Origin: Auanema rhodensis
Taxonomy: Eukaryota; Animalia; Nematoda
Assembly: GCA_964057225.1 (NCBI GenBank)
Contig: OZ059900.1
Location: 15,314,001 to 15,378,000, forward strand
Length of the DNA: 64,000 nt
Direction of reading: 5' to 3'
The position numbers were made by a program, and so were the translations under genes. Of the stretch, positions 14,011 through 29,500 are shown in pieces (the first letter of the stretch is position 1; each line of letters begins with the position of its first letter). The notes below the pieces were generated by a model, which searched no databases, was not told the DNA's origin, and saw nothing but the letters and a program-made list of their open reading frames with translations.

Positions 14011-17000
14011 CCATGAGAAATATTTTATTATGCTGGAAACCAGTTTTTGGAATTTTCGCTGTAAACAAGGTTTGACTTACGATTTCATGTGTTCAAACTC
14101 ATGCAATGTCAATAAAACCTAGCTCAAAATTGTTCGTACAACGTCTAGTTCCACTTTCACGACAAAAAAACAGGGGTTAGAAAATTTAGGAAATTAGCAT
14201 ATTCTGAGGGCACGCCCCTTATGGCTAATATTGATTAAATCGATTTTTGTTCATATAAGTCGTCAAATGCAACGAATTTCAGCGTGTTACAAACTAAAAT
14301 GAAGTATTTTACATGCTGAACACTAGAAAAATACAAAAACACAGTATTTCCCATGAGAAATATTTTATTATGCTGGAAAACCAGTTTTTGGAAATTTCGC
14401 TGTAAACAAGGTTATGACTTACGATTTCATGTGTTCAAACTCATGCAATGTCAATGAAACCTAGCTCAAAATTGTTCGTACAACGTCTAGTTCCACTTTC
14501 ACGACAAAAAAACAGGGGTTAGAAAATTTAGGAAATTAGCATATTCTGAGGGCACGCCCCTTATGGCTAATATTGATTAAATCGATTTTTGTTCATATGA
14601 GTCGTCAAATGCAACGAATTTCAGCGTGTTACATACTAAAATGAAGTATTTTACATGCTGAACACTAGAAAAGTACAAAAACACAGTATTTCCCATGAGA
14701 AATATTTTATTATGCTGGAAAACCAGTTTTTGGAAATTTCGCTGTAAACAAGGTTTTGACTTACGATTTCATGAGTTCAAACTCATGCAATGTCAATGAA
14801 ACCTAGCTCAAAATTGTTCGTACAACGTCTAGTTCCACTTTCACGACAAAAAACAGGGGTTAGAAAATTAAGGAAATTAGCATATTCTGAGGGCACGCCC
14901 CTTATGGCTAATATTGATTAAATCGATTTTTGTTCATATGAGTCGTCAAATGCAACGAATTTCAGCGTGTTACATACTAAAATGAAGCATTTTACATGCT
15001 GAACACTAGAAAAATACAAAAACACAGTTTTTCCCATGAGAAATATTTTATTATGCTGGAAAACCAGTTTTTGGAAATTTCGCTGTAAACAAGGTTTTGA
15101 CTTACGATTTCATGTGTTCAAACTCATGCAATGTCAATGAAACCTAGCTCAAAACTGTTCGTACAACGTCTAGTTCCACTTTCACGACAAAAAAACAGGG
15201 GTTAGAAAATTAAGGAAATTAGCATATTCTGAGGGCACGCCCCTTATGGCTAATATTGATTAAATCGATTTTTGTTCATATGAGTCGTCAAATGCAACGA
15301 ATTTCAGCGTGTTACATACTAAAATGAAATATTTTACATGCTGAACACTAGAGAAATACAAAAACACAGTATTTCCCATAAGAAATATTTTATTATGCTG
15401 GAAAACCAGTTTTTGGAAATTTCGCTGTAAACAAGATTTTGACTTACGATTTCATGTGTTCAAACTCATGCAATGTCAATGAAACCTAGCTCAAAATTGT
15501 TCGTACAACGTCTAGTTCCACTTTCACGACAAAAAAACAGGGGTTAGAAAATTAAGGAAATTAGCATATTCTGAGGGCACGCCCCTTATGGCTAATATTG
15601 ATTAAATCGATTTTTGTTCATATGAGTAGTCAAATGCAACGAATTTCAGCGTGTTACAAACTAAAATGAAGTATTTTACATGCTGAACACTAGAAAAATA
15701 CAAAAACACAGTATTTCCCATGAGAAATATTTTATTATGCTGGAAAACCAGTTTTTGGAAATTTCGCTGTAAACAAGGTTATGACTTACGATTTCATGTG
15801 TTCAAACTCATGCAATGTCAATGAAACCTAGCTCAAAATTGTTCGTACAACGTCTAGTTCCACTTTCACGACAAAAAAACAGGGGTTAGAAAATTTAGGA
15901 AATTAGCATATTCTGAGGGCACGCCCCTTATGGCTAATATTGATTAAATCGATTTTTGTTCATATGAGTCGTCAAATGCAACGAATTTCAGCGTGTTACA
16001 TACTAAAATGAAGTATTTTACATGCTGAACACTAGAAAAGTACAAAAACACAGTATTTCCCATGAGAAATATTTTATTATGCTGGAAAACCAGTTTTTGG
16101 AAATTTCGCTGTAAACAAGGTTTTGACTTACGATTTCATGTGTTCAAACTCATGCAATGTCAATGAAACCTAGCTCAAAATTGTTCCTACAACGTCTAGT
16201 TCCACTTTCACGACAAAAAACAGGGGTTAGAAAATTAAGGAAATTAGCATATTCTGAGGGCACGCCCCTTATGGCTAATATTGATTAAATCGATTTTTGT
16301 TCATATGAGTCGTCAAATGCAACGAATTTCAGCGTGTTACATACTAAAATGAAGCATTTTACATGCTGAACACTAGAAAAATACAAAAACACAGTATTTC
16401 CCATGAGAAATATTTTATTATGCTGGAAAACCACTTTTTGGAAATTTCGCTGTAAACAAGGTTTTGACTTACGATTTCATGTGTTCAAACTCATGCAATG
16501 TCAATGAAACCTAGCTCAAAACTGTTCCTACAACGTCTAGTTCCACTTTCACGACAAAAAAACAGGGGTTAGAAAATTAAGGAAATTAGCATATTCTGAG
16601 GGCACGACCCTTATGGCTAATATTGATTAAATCGATTTTTGTTCATATGAGTAGTCAAATGCAACGAATTTCAGCGTGTTACATACTTAAATGAAGCATT
16701 TTACATGCTGAACACTATAAAAATACAAAAACACAGTATTTCCCATGAGAAATATTTTATTATGCTGGAAAACCAGTTTTTGGAAATTTCGCTGTAAACA
16801 AGGTTTTGACTTACGATTTCATGTGTTCAAACTCATGCAATGTCAATGAAACCTAGCTCAAAACTGTTCGTACAACGTCTAGTTCCACTTTCACGACAAA
16901 AAAACAGGGGTTAGAAAATTTAGGAAATTAGCATATTCTGAGGGCACGCCCCTTATGGCTAATATTGATTAAATCGATTTTTGTTCATATGAGTCGTCAA

Positions 17001-20000
17001 ATGCAACGAATTTCAGCGTGTTACATACTAAAATGAAGTATTTTACATGCTGAACACTAGAAAAATACAAAAACACAGTATTTCCCATAAGAAATTGTTT
17101 ATTATGCTGGAAAACCAGTTTTTGGAAATTTCGCTGTAAACAAGGTTTTGACTTACGATTTCATGTGTTCAAACTCATGCAATGTCAATGAAACCTAGCT
17201 CAAAATTGTTCGTACAACGTCTAGTTCCACTTTCACGACAAAAAAACAGGGGTTAGAAAATTAAGGAAATTAGCATATTCTGAGGGCACGCCCCTTATGG
17301 CTAATATTGATTAAATCGATTTTTGTTCATATGAGTCGTCAAATGCAACGAATTTCAGCGTGTTACATACTGAAATGAAGCATTTTACATGCTGAACACT
17401 AGAAAAATACAAAAACACAGTTTTTCCCATGAGAAATATTTTATTATGCTGGAAAACCAGTTTTTGGAAATTTCGCTGTAAACAAGGTTTTGACTTACGA
17501 TTTCATGTGTTCAAACTCATGCAATGTCAATGAAACCTAGCTCAAAACTGTTCGTACAACGTCTAGTTCCACTTTCACGACAAAAAAACAGGGGTTAGAA
17601 AATTTAGGAAATTAGCATATTCTGAGGGCACGCCCCTTATGGCTAATATTGATTAAATCGATTTTTGTTCATATGAGTCGTCAAATGCAACGAATTTCAG
17701 CGTGTTACATACTAAAATGAAGTATTTTACATGCTGAACACTAGAAAAATACAAAAACACAGTATTTCCCATAAGAAATATTTTATTATGCTGGAAAACC
17801 AGTTTTTGGAAATTTCGCTGTAAACAAGGTTTTGACTTACGATTTCATGTGTTCAAACTCATGCAATGTCAATGAAACCTAGCTCAAAATTGTTCGTACA
17901 ACGTCTAGTTACACTTTCACGACAAAAAAACAGGGGTTAGAAAATTAAGGAAATTAGCATATTCTGAGGGCACGCCCCTTATGGCTAATATTGATTAAAT
18001 CGATTTTTGTGCATATGAGTCGTCAAATGCAACGAATTTCAGCGTGTTACATACTAAAATGAAGTATTTTACATGCTAAACACTAGAAAAATACAAAAAC
18101 ACAGTATTTCCCATGAGAAATATTTTATTATGCTGGAAAACCAGTTTTTGGAAATTTCGCTGTAAACAAGGTTTTGACTTACGATTTCATGTGTTCAAAC
18201 TCATGCAATGTCAATGAAACCTAGCTCAAAATTGTTTGTACAACGTCTAGTTCCACTTTCACGACAAAAAAACAGGGGTTAGAAAATTAAGGAAATTAGC
18301 ATATTCTGAGGGCACGCCCCTTATGGCTAATATTGATTAAATCGATTTTTGTTCATATGAGTAGTCAAATGCAACGAATTTCAGCGTGTTACATACTTAA
18401 ATGAAGCATTTTACATGCTGAACACTAGAAAAATACAAAAACACAGTATTTCCCATGAGAAATATTTTATTATACTGGAAACCAGTTTTTGGAATTTTCG
18501 CTGTAAACAAGGTTTTGACTTACGATTTCATGTGTTCAAAATCATGCAATGTCAATGAAACCTAGCTCAAAATTGTTCGTACAACGTCTAGTTCCACTTT
18601 CACGACAAAAAAACAGGGGTTAGAAAATTAAGGAAATTAGCATATTCTGAGGGCACGCCCCTTATGGCTAATATTGATTAAATCGATTTTTGTTCATATG
18701 AGTCGTCAAATGCAACGAATTTCAGCGTGTTACATACTAAAATGAAGCATTTTACATGCTGAACACTAGAAAAATACAAAAACACAGTTTTTCCCATGAG
18801 AAATATTTTATTATGCTGGAAACCAGTTTTTGGAATTTTCGCTGTAAACAAGGTTTGACTTACGATTTCATGTGTTCAAACTCATGCAATGTCAATAAAA
18901 CCTAGCTCAAAATTGTTCGTACAACGTCTAGTTCCACTTTCACGACAAAAAAACAGGGGTTAGAAAATTTAGGAAATTAGCATATTCTGAGGGCACGCCC
19001 CTTATGGCTAATATTGATTAAATCGATTTTTGTTCATATAAGTCGTCAAATGCAACGAATTTCAGCGTGTTACAAACTAAAATGAAGTATTTTACATGCT
19101 GAACACTAGAAAAATACAAAAACACAGTATTTCCCATGAGAAATATTTTATTATGCTGGAAAACCAGTTTTTGGAAATTTCGCTGTAAACAAGGTTATGA
19201 CTTACGATTTCATGTGTTCAAACTCATGCAATGTCAATGAAACCTAGCTCAAAATTGTTCGTACAACGTCTAGTTCCACTTTCACGACAAAAAAACAGGG
19301 GTTAGAAAATTTAGGAAATTAGCATATTCTGAGGGCACGCCCCTTATGGCTAATATTGATTAAATCGATTTTTGTTCATATGAGTCGTCAAATGCAACGA
19401 ATTTCAGCGTGTTACATACTAAAATGAAGTATTTTACATGCTGAACACTAGAAAAGTACAAAAACACAGTATTTCCCATGAGAAATATTTTATTATGCTG
19501 GAAAACCAGTTTTTGGAAATTTCGCTGTAAACAAGGTTTTGACTTACGATTTCATGAGTTCAAACTCATGCAATGTCAATGAAACCTAGCTCAAAATTGT
19601 TCGTACAACGTCTAGTTCCACTTTCACGACAAAAAACAGGGGTTAGAAAATTAAGGAAATTAGCATATTCTGAGGGCACGCCCCTTATGGCTAATATTGA
19701 TTAAATCGATTTTTGTTCATATGAGTCGTCAAATGCAACGAATTTCAGCGTGTTACATACTAAAATGAAGCATTTTACATGCTGAACACTAGAAAAATAC
19801 AAAAACACAGTTTTTCCCATGAGAAATATTTTATTATGCTGGAAAACCAGTTTTTGGAAATTTCGCTGTAAACAAGGTTTTGACTTACGATTTCATGTGT
19901 TCAAACTCATGCAATGTCAATGAAACCTAGCTCAAAACTGTTCGTACAACGTCTAGTTCCACTTTCACGACAAAAAAACAGGGGTTAGAAAATTAAGGAA

Positions 20001-23000
20001 ATTAGCATATTCTGAGGGCACGCCCCTTATGGCTAATATTGATTAAATCGATTTTTGTTCATATGAGTCGTCAAATGCAACGAATTTCAGCGTGTTACAT
20101 ACTAAAATGAAGTATTTTACATGCTGAACACTAGAGAAATACAAAAACACAGTATTTCCCATAAGAAATATTTTATTATGCTGGAAAACCAGTTTTTGGA
20201 AATTTCGCTGTAAACAAGATTTTGACTTACGATTTCATGTGTTCAAACTCATGCAATGTCAATGAAACCTAGCTCAAAATTGTTCGTACAACGTCTAGTT
20301 CCACTTTCACGACAAAAAAACAGGGGTTAGAAAATTAAGGAAATTAGCATATTCTGAGGGCACGCCCCTTATGGCTAATATTGATTAAATCGATTTTTGT
20401 TCATATGAGTAGTCAAATGCAACGAATTTCAGCGTGTTACAAACTAAAATGAAGTATTTTACATGCTGAACACTAGAAAAATACAAAAACACAGTATTTC
20501 CCATGAGAAATATTTTATTATGCTGGAAAACCAGTTTTTGGAAATTTCGCTGTAAACAAGGTTATGACTTACGATTTCATGTGTTCAAACTCATGCAATG
20601 TCAATGAAACCTAGCTCAAAATTGTTCGTACAACGTCTAGTTCCACTTTCACGACAAAAAAACAGGGGTTAGAAAATTTAGGAAATTAGCATATTCTGAG
20701 GGCACGCCCCTTATGGCTAATATTGATTAAATCGATTTTTGTTCATATGAGTCGTCAAATGCAACGAATTTCAGCGTGTTACATACTAAAATGAAGTATT
20801 TTACATGCTGAACACTAGAAAAGTACAAAAACACAGTATTTCCCATGAGAAATATTTTATTATGCTGGAAAACCAGTTTTTGGAAATTTCGCTGTAAACA
20901 AGGTTTTGACTTACGATTTCATGTGTTCAAACTCATGCAATGTCAATGAAACCTAGCTCAAAATTGTTCCTACAACGTCTAGTTCCACTTTCACGACAAA
21001 AAACAGGGGTTAGAAAATTAAGGAAATTAGCATATTCTGAGGGCACGCCCCTTATGGCTAATATTGATTAAATCGATTTTTGTTCATATGAGTCGTCAAA
21101 TGCAACGAATTTCAGCGTGTTACATACTAAAATGAAGCATTTTACATGCTGAACACTAGAAAAATACAAAAACACAGTATTTCCCATGAGAAATATTTTA
21201 TTATGCTGGAAAACCACTTTTTGGAAATTTCGCTGTAAACAAGGTTTTGACTTACGATTTCATGTGTTCAAACTCATGCAATGTCAATGAAACCTAGCTT
21301 AAAACTGTTCCTACAACGTCTAGTTCCACTTTCACGACAAAAAAACAGGGGTTAGAAAATTAAGGAAATTAGCATATTCTGAGGGCACGACCCTTATGGC
21401 TAATATTGATTAAATCGATTTTTGTTCATATGAGTAGTCAAATGCAACGAATTTCAGCGTGTTACATACTTAAATGAAGCATTATACATGCTGAACACTA
21501 TAAAAATACAAAAACACAGTATTTCCCATGAGAAATATTTTATTATGCTGGAAAACCAGTTTTTGGAAATTTCGCTGTAAACAAGGTTTTGACTTACGAT
21601 TTCATGTGTTCAAACTCATGCAATGTCAATGAAACCTAGCTCAAAACTGTTCGTACAACGTCTAGTTCCACTTTCACGACAAAAAAACAGGGGTTAGAAA
21701 ATTTAGGAAATTAGCATATTCTGAGGGCACGCCCCTTATGGCTAATATTGATTAAATCGATTTTTGTTCATATGAGTCGTCAAATGCAACGAATTTCAGC
21801 GTGTTACATACTAAAATGAAGTATTTTACATGCTGAACACTAGAAAAATACAAAAACACAGTATTTCCCATAAGAAATTGTTTATTATGCTGGAAAACCA
21901 GTTTTTGGAAATTTCGCTGTAAACAAGGTTTTGACTTACGATTTCATGGGTTCAAACTCATGCAATGTCAATGAAACCTAGCTCAAAATTGTTCGTACAA
22001 CGTCTAGTTCCACTTTCACGACAAAAAAACAGGGGTTAGAAAATTAAGGAAATTAGCATATTCTGAGGGCACGCCCCTTATGGCTAATATTGATTAAATC
22101 GATTTTTGTTCATATGAGTCGTCAAATGCAACGAATTTCAGCGTGTTACATACTGAAATGAAGCATTTTACATGCTGAACACTAGAAAAATACAAAAACA
22201 CAGTTTTTCCCATGAGAAATATTTTATTATGCTGGAAAACCAGTTTTTGGAAATTTCGCTGTAAACAAGGTTTTGACTTACGATTTCATGTGTTCAAACT
22301 CATGCAATGTCAATGAAACCTAGCTCAAAACTGTTCGTACAACGTCTAGTTCCACTTTCACGACAAAAAAACAGGGGTTAGAAAATTTAGGAAATTAGCA
22401 TATTCTGAGGGCACGCCCCTTATGGCTAATATTGATTAAATCGATTTTTGTTCATATGAGTCGTCAAATGCAACGAATTTCAGCGTGTTACATACTAAAA
22501 TGAAGTATTTTACATGCTGAACACTAGAAAAATACAAAAACACAGTATTTCCCATAAGAAATATTTTATTATGCTGGAAAACCAGTTTTTGGAAATTTCG
22601 CTGTAAACAAGGTTTTGACTTACGATTTCATGTGTTCAAACTCATGCAATGTCAATGAAACCTAGCTCAAAATTGTTCGTACAACGTCTAGTTACACTTT
22701 CACGACAAAAAAACAGGGGTTAGAAAATTAAGGAAATTAGCATATTCTGAGGGCACGCCCCTTATGGCTAATATTGATTAAATCGATTTTTGTGCATATG
22801 AGTCGTCAAATGCAACGAATTTCAGCGTGTTACATACTAAAATGAAGTATTTTACATGCTAAACACTAGAAAAATACAAAAACACAGTATTTCCCATGAG
22901 AAATATTTTATTATGCTGGAAAACCAGTTTTTGGAAATTTCGCTGTAAACAAGGTTTTGACTTACGATTTCATGTGTTCAAACTCATGCAATGTCAATGA

Positions 23001-23576
23001 AACCTAGCTCAAAATTGTTTGTACAACGTCTAGTTCCACTTTCACGACAAAAAAACAGGGGTTAGAAAATTAAGGAAATTAGCATATTCTGAGGGCACGC
23101 CCCTTATGGCTAATATTGATTAAATCGATTTTTGTTCATATGAGTAGTCAAATGCAACGAATTTCAGCGTGTTACATACTTAAATGAAGCATTTTACATG
23201 CTGAACACTAGAAAAATACAAAAACACAGTATTTCCCATGAGAAATATTTTATTATACTGGAAACCAGTTTTTGGAATTTTCGCTGTAAACAAGGTTTTG
23301 ACTTACGATTTCATGTGTTCAAAATCATGCAATGTCAATGAAACCTAGCTCAAAATTGTTCGTACAACGTCTAGTTCCACTTTCACGACAAAAAAACAGG
23401 GGTTAGAAAATTAAGGAAATTAGCATATTCTGAGGGCACGCCCCTTATGGCTAATATTGATTAAATCGATTTTTGTTCATATGAGTCGTCAAATGCAACG
23501 AATTTCAGCGTGTTACATACTAAAATGAAGCATTTTACATGCTGAACACTAGAAAAATACAAAAACACAGTTTTTC
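14011..23576 (+). repeat. 14-mer higher-order repeat, period 4783 bp, two near-identical copies
   Basis: The 340-bp marker monomer (GGAAACCAG, AAGGTTTGAC, CAATAAAAC, CATATAAG) starts at 14011 and 18794. GTGCATATG occurs at ~18011 and ~22794; GTTACAC, GCTAAAC, AAAATCATG and GAAATTGTTT also recur at +4783. Confidence 0.93.
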
Positions 23577-26500
23577 CCATGAGAAATATTTTATTATGCT
23601 GGAAAACCAGTTTTTGGAAATTTCGCTGTAAACAAGGTTTTGACTTACGATTTCATGTGTTCAAACTCATGCAATGTCAATGAAACCTAGCTCAAAATTG
23701 TTCGTACAACGTCTAGTTCCACTTTCACGACAAAAAAACAGGGGTTAGAAAATTTAGGAAATTAGCATATTCTGAGGGCACGCCCCTTATGGCTAATATT
23801 GATTAAATCGATTTTTGTTCATATGAGTCGTCAAATGCAACGAATTTCATCGTGTTACATACTAAAATGAAGTATTTTACATGCTGAACACTAGAAAATT
23901 ACAAAAACACAGTATTTCCCATGAGAAATATTTTATTATGCTGGAAAACCAGTTTTTGGAAGTTTCGCTGTAAACAAGGTTTTGACTTACGATTTCATGT
24001 GTTCAAACTCATGCAATGTCAATGAAACCTAGCTCAAAATTGTTCCTACAACGTCTAATTCCACTTTCACGACAAAAAAACAGGGGTTAGAAAATTAAGG
24101 AAATTAGCATATTCTGAGGGCACGCCCCTTATGGCTAATATTGATTAAATCGATTTTTGTTCATATGAGTCGTCAAATGCAACGAATTTCAGCGTGTTAC
24201 ATACTAAAATGAAGCATTTTACATGCTGAACACTATAAAAATACAAAAACACAGTATTTCCCATGAGAAATATTTTATTATGCTGGAAAACCAGTTTTTG
24301 GAAATTTCGCTGTAAACAAGGTTTTGACTTACGATTTCATGTGTTCAAACTCATGCAATGTCAATGAAACCTAGCTCAAAATTGTTCCTACAACGTCTAG
24401 TTCCACTTTCACGACAAAAAACAGGGGTTAGAAAATTAAGGAAATTAGCATATTCTGAGGGCACGCCCCTTATGGCTAATATTGATTAAATCGATTTTTG
24501 TTCATATGAGTCGTCAAATTTAACGAATTTCAGCGTGTTACATACTAAAATGAAGCATTTTACATGCTGAACACTAGAAAAATACAAAAACACAGTATTT
24601 CCCATGAGAAATATTTTATTATGCTGGAAAACCAGTTTTTGGAAATTTCGCTGTAAACAAGGTTTTGACTTACGATTTCATGTGTTCAAACTCATGCAAT
24701 GTCAATGAAACCTAGCTCAAAATTGTTTGTACAACGTCTAGTTCCACTTTCACGACAAAAAAACAGGGGTTAGAAAATTAAGGAAATTAGCATATTCTGA
24801 GGGCACGCCCCTTATGGCTAATATTGATTAAATCGATTTTTGTTCATATGAGTAGTCAAATGCAACGAATTTCAGCGTGTTACATACTTAAATGAAGCAT
24901 TTTACATGCTGAACACTAGAAAAATACAAAAACACAGTATTTCCCATGAGAAATATTTTATTATACTGGAAACCAGTTTTTGGAATTTTCGCTGTAAACA
25001 AGGTTTTGACTTACAATTTCATGTGTTCAAACTCATGCAATGTCAATGAAACCTAGCTCAAAATTGTTCGTACAACGTCTAGTTCCACTTTCACGACAAA
25101 AAAACAGGGGTTAGAAAATTAAGGAAATTAGCATATTCTGAGGGCACGCCCCTTATGGCTAATATTGATTAAATCGATTTTTGTTCATATGAGTCGTCAA
25201 ATGCAACGAATTTCAGCGTGTTACATACTAAAATGAATCATTTTACATGCTGAACACTAGAAAAATACAAAAACACAGTATTTCCCATGAGAAATATTTT
25301 ATTATGCTGGAAAACCAGTTTTTGGAAGTTTCGCTGTAAACAAGGTTTTGACTTACGATTTCATGTGTTCAAACTCATGCAATGTCAATGAAACCTAGCT
25401 CAAAATTGTTCCTACAACGTCTAATTCCACTTTCACGACAAAAAAACAGGGGTTAGAAAATTAAGGAAATTAGCATATTCTGAGGGCACGCCCCTTATGG
25501 CTAATATTGATTAAATCGATTTTTGTTCATATGAGTCGTCAAATGCAACGAATTTCAGCGTGTTACATACTAAAATGAAGCATTTTACATGCTGAACACT
25601 ATAAAAATACAAAAACACAGTATTTCCCATGAGAAATATTTTATTATGCTGGAAAACCAGTTTTTGGAAATTTCGCTGTAAACAAGGTTTTGACTTACGA
25701 TTTCATGTGTTCAAACTCATGCAATGTCAATGAAACCTAGCTCAAAATTGTTCCTACAACGTCTAGTTCCACTTTCACGACAAAAAACAGGGGTTAGAAA
25801 ATTAAGGAAATTAGCATATTCTGAGGGCACGCCCCTTATGGCTAATATTGATTAAATCGATTTTTGTTCATATGAGTCGTCAAATGCAACGAATTTCAGC
25901 GTGTTACATACTAAAATGAAGCATTTTACATGCTGAACACTAGAAAAATACAAAAACACAGTATTTCCCATGAGAAATATTTTATTATGCTGGAAAACCA
26001 GTTTTTGGAAATTTCGCTGTAAACAAGGTTTTGACTTACGATTTCATGTGTTCAAACTCATGCAATGTCAATGAAACCTAGCTCAAAATTGTTCCTACAA
26101 CGTCTAGTTCCACTTTCACGACAACAAAACAGGGGTTAGAAAATTAAGGAAATTAGCATATTCTGAGGGCACGCCCCTTATGGCTAATATTGATTAAATC
26201 GATTTTTGTTCATATGAGTCGTCAAATGCAACGAATTTCAGCCTGTTACATACTAAAATGAAGCATTTCACATGCTGAACACTAGAAAAATACAAAAACA
26301 CAGTATTTCCCATGAGAAATATTTTATTATGCTGGAAAACCAGTTTTTGGAAAGTTCGCTGTAAACAAGGTTTTGACTTACGATTTCATGTGTTCAAACT
26401 CATGCAATGTCAATGAAACCTAGCTCAAAATTGTTCGTACAACGTCTAGTTCCACTTTCACGACAAAAAAACAGGGGTTAGAAAATTAAGGAAATTAGCA

Positions 26501-29500
26501 TATTCTGAGGGCACGCCCCTTATGGCTAATATTGATTAAATCGATTTTTGTTCATATGAGTCGTCAAATGCAATTAATTTCAGCGTGTTACATACTAAAA
26601 TGAAGCATTTTACATGCTGAACACTAAAAAAATACAAAAACACAGTATTTCCCATGAGAAATATTTTATTATGCTGGAAAACGAGTTTTTGGAAATTTCG
26701 CTGTAAACAAGGTTTTGACTTACGATTTCATGTGTTCAAACTCATGCAATGTCAATGAAACCTAGCTCAAAATTGTTCCTACAACGTCTAGTTCCACTTT
26801 CACGACAAAAAAACAGGGGTTAGAAAATTAAGGAAATTAGCATATTCTGAGGGCACGCCCCTTATGGCTAATATTGATTAAATCGATTTTTGTTCATATG
26901 AGTCGTCAAATGCAACGAATTTCAGCGTGTTACATACTTAAATGAAGCATTTTACATGCTGAACACTAGAAAAATACAAAAACACAGTATTTCCCATGAG
27001 AAATATTTTATTATACTGGAAACCAGTTTTTGGAATTTTCGCTGTAAACAAGGTTTTGACTTACGATTTCATGTGTTCAAACTCATGCAATGTCAATGAA
27101 ACCTAGCTCAAAACTGTTCGTACAACGTCTAGTTCCACTTTCACGACAAAAAAACAGGGGTTAGAAAATTTAGGAAATTAGCATATTCTGAGGGCACGCC
27201 CCTTATGGCTAATATTGATTAAATCGATTTTTGTTCATATGAGTCGTCAAATGCAACGAATTTCAGCGTGTTACATACTAAAATGAAGCATTTTACATGC
27301 TGAACACTAGAAAAATACAAAAACACAGTTTTTCCCATGAGAAATATTTTATTATGCTGGAAAACCAGTTTTTGGAAATTTCGCTGTAAACAAGGTTTTG
27401 ACTTACGATTTCATGTGTTCAAACTCATGCAATGTCAATGAAACCTAGCTCAAAACTGTTCGTACAACGTCTAGTTCCACTTTCACGACAAAAAAACAGG
27501 GGTTAGAAAATTTAGGAAATTAGCATATTCTGAGGGCACGCCCCTTATGGCTAATATTGATTAAATCGATTTTTGTTCATATGAGTCGTCAAATGCAACG
27601 AATTTCAGCGTGTTACATACTAAAATGAAGTATTTTACATGCTGAACACTAGAAAAATACAAAAACACAGTATTTCCCATAAGAAATATTTTATTATGCT
27701 GGAAAACCAGTTTTTGGAAATTTCGCTGTAAACAAGGTTTTGACTTACGATTTCATGTGTTCAAACTCATGCAATGTCAATGAAACCGAGCTCAAAATTG
27801 TTCGTACAACGTCTAGTTACACTTTCACGACAAAAAAACAGGGGTTAGAAAATTAAGGAAATTAGCATATTCTGAGGGCACGCCCCTTATGGCTAATATT
27901 GATTAAATCGATGTTTGTTCATATGAGTCGTCAAATGCAACATATTTCAGCGTGTTACATACTAAAATGAAGTATTTTACATGCTGAACACTAGAAAAAT
28001 ACAAAAACACAGTATTTCCCATGAGAAATATTTTATTATGCTGGAAAACCAGTTTTTGGAAATTTCGCTGTAAACAAGGTTTTGACTTACGATTTCATGT
28101 GTTCAAACTCATGCAATGTCAATGAAACCTAGCTCAAAATTGTTTGTACAACGTCTAGTTCCACTTTCACGACAAAAAAACAGGGGTTAGAAAATTAAGG
28201 AAATTAGCATATTCTGAGGGCACGCCCCTTATGGCTAATATTGATTAAATCGATTTTTGTTCATATGAGTAGTCAAATGCAACGAATTTCAGCGTGTTAC
28301 ATACTTAAATGAAGCATTTTACATGCTGAACACTAGAAAAATACAAAAACACAGTATTTCCCATGAGAAATATTTTATTATACTGGAAACCAGTTTTTGG
28401 AATTTTCGCTGTAAACAAGGTTTTGACTTACAATTTCATGTGTTCAAACTCATGCAATGTCAATGAAACCTAGCTCAAAATTGTTCGTACAACGTCTAGT
28501 TCCACTTTCACGACAAAAAAACAGGGGTTAGAAAATTAAGGAAATTAGCATATTCTGAGGGCACGCCCCTTATGGCTAATATTGATTAAATCGATTTTTG
28601 TTCATATGAGTCGTCAAATGCAACGAATTTCAGCGTGTTACATACTAAAATGAAGCATTTTACATGCTGAACACTAGAAAAATACAAAAACACAGTATTT
28701 CCCATGAGAAATATTTTATTATGCTGGAAAACCAGTTTTTGGAAATTTCGCTGTAAACAAGGTTTTGACTTACGATTTCATGTGTTCAAACTCATGCAAT
28801 GTCAATGAAACCTAGCTCAAAATTGTTTGTACAACGTCTAGTTCCACTTTCACGACAAAAAAACAGGGGTTAGAAAATTAAGGAAATTAGCATATTCTGA
28901 GGGCACGCCCCTTATGGCTAATATTGATTTAATCGATTTTTGTTCATATGAGTAGTCAAATGCAACGAATTTCAGCGTGTTACATACTTAAATGAAGCAT
29001 TTTACATGCTGAACACTAGAAAAATACAAAAACACAGTATTTCCCATGAGAAATATTTTATTATACTGGAAACCAGTTTTTGGAATTTTCGCTGTAAACA
29101 AGGTTTTGACTTACGATTTCATGTGTTCAAACTCATGCAATGTCAATGAAACCTAGCTCAAAATTGTTCGTACAACGTCTAGTTCCACTTTCACGACAAA
29201 AAAACAGGGGTTAGAAAATTAAGGAAATTAGCATATTCTGAGGGCACGCCTCTTATGGCTAATATTGATTAAATCGATTTTTGTTCATATGAGTCGTCAA
29301 ATGCAACGAATTTCAGCGTGTTACATACTAAAATGAAGCATTTTACATGCTGAACACTAGAAAAATACAAAAACACAGTTTTTCCCATGAGAAATATTTT
29401 ATTATGCTGGAAAACCAGTTTTTGGAAATTTCGCTGTAAACAAGGTTTTGACTTACGATTTCATGTGTTCAAACTCATGCAATGTCAATGAAACCTAGCT

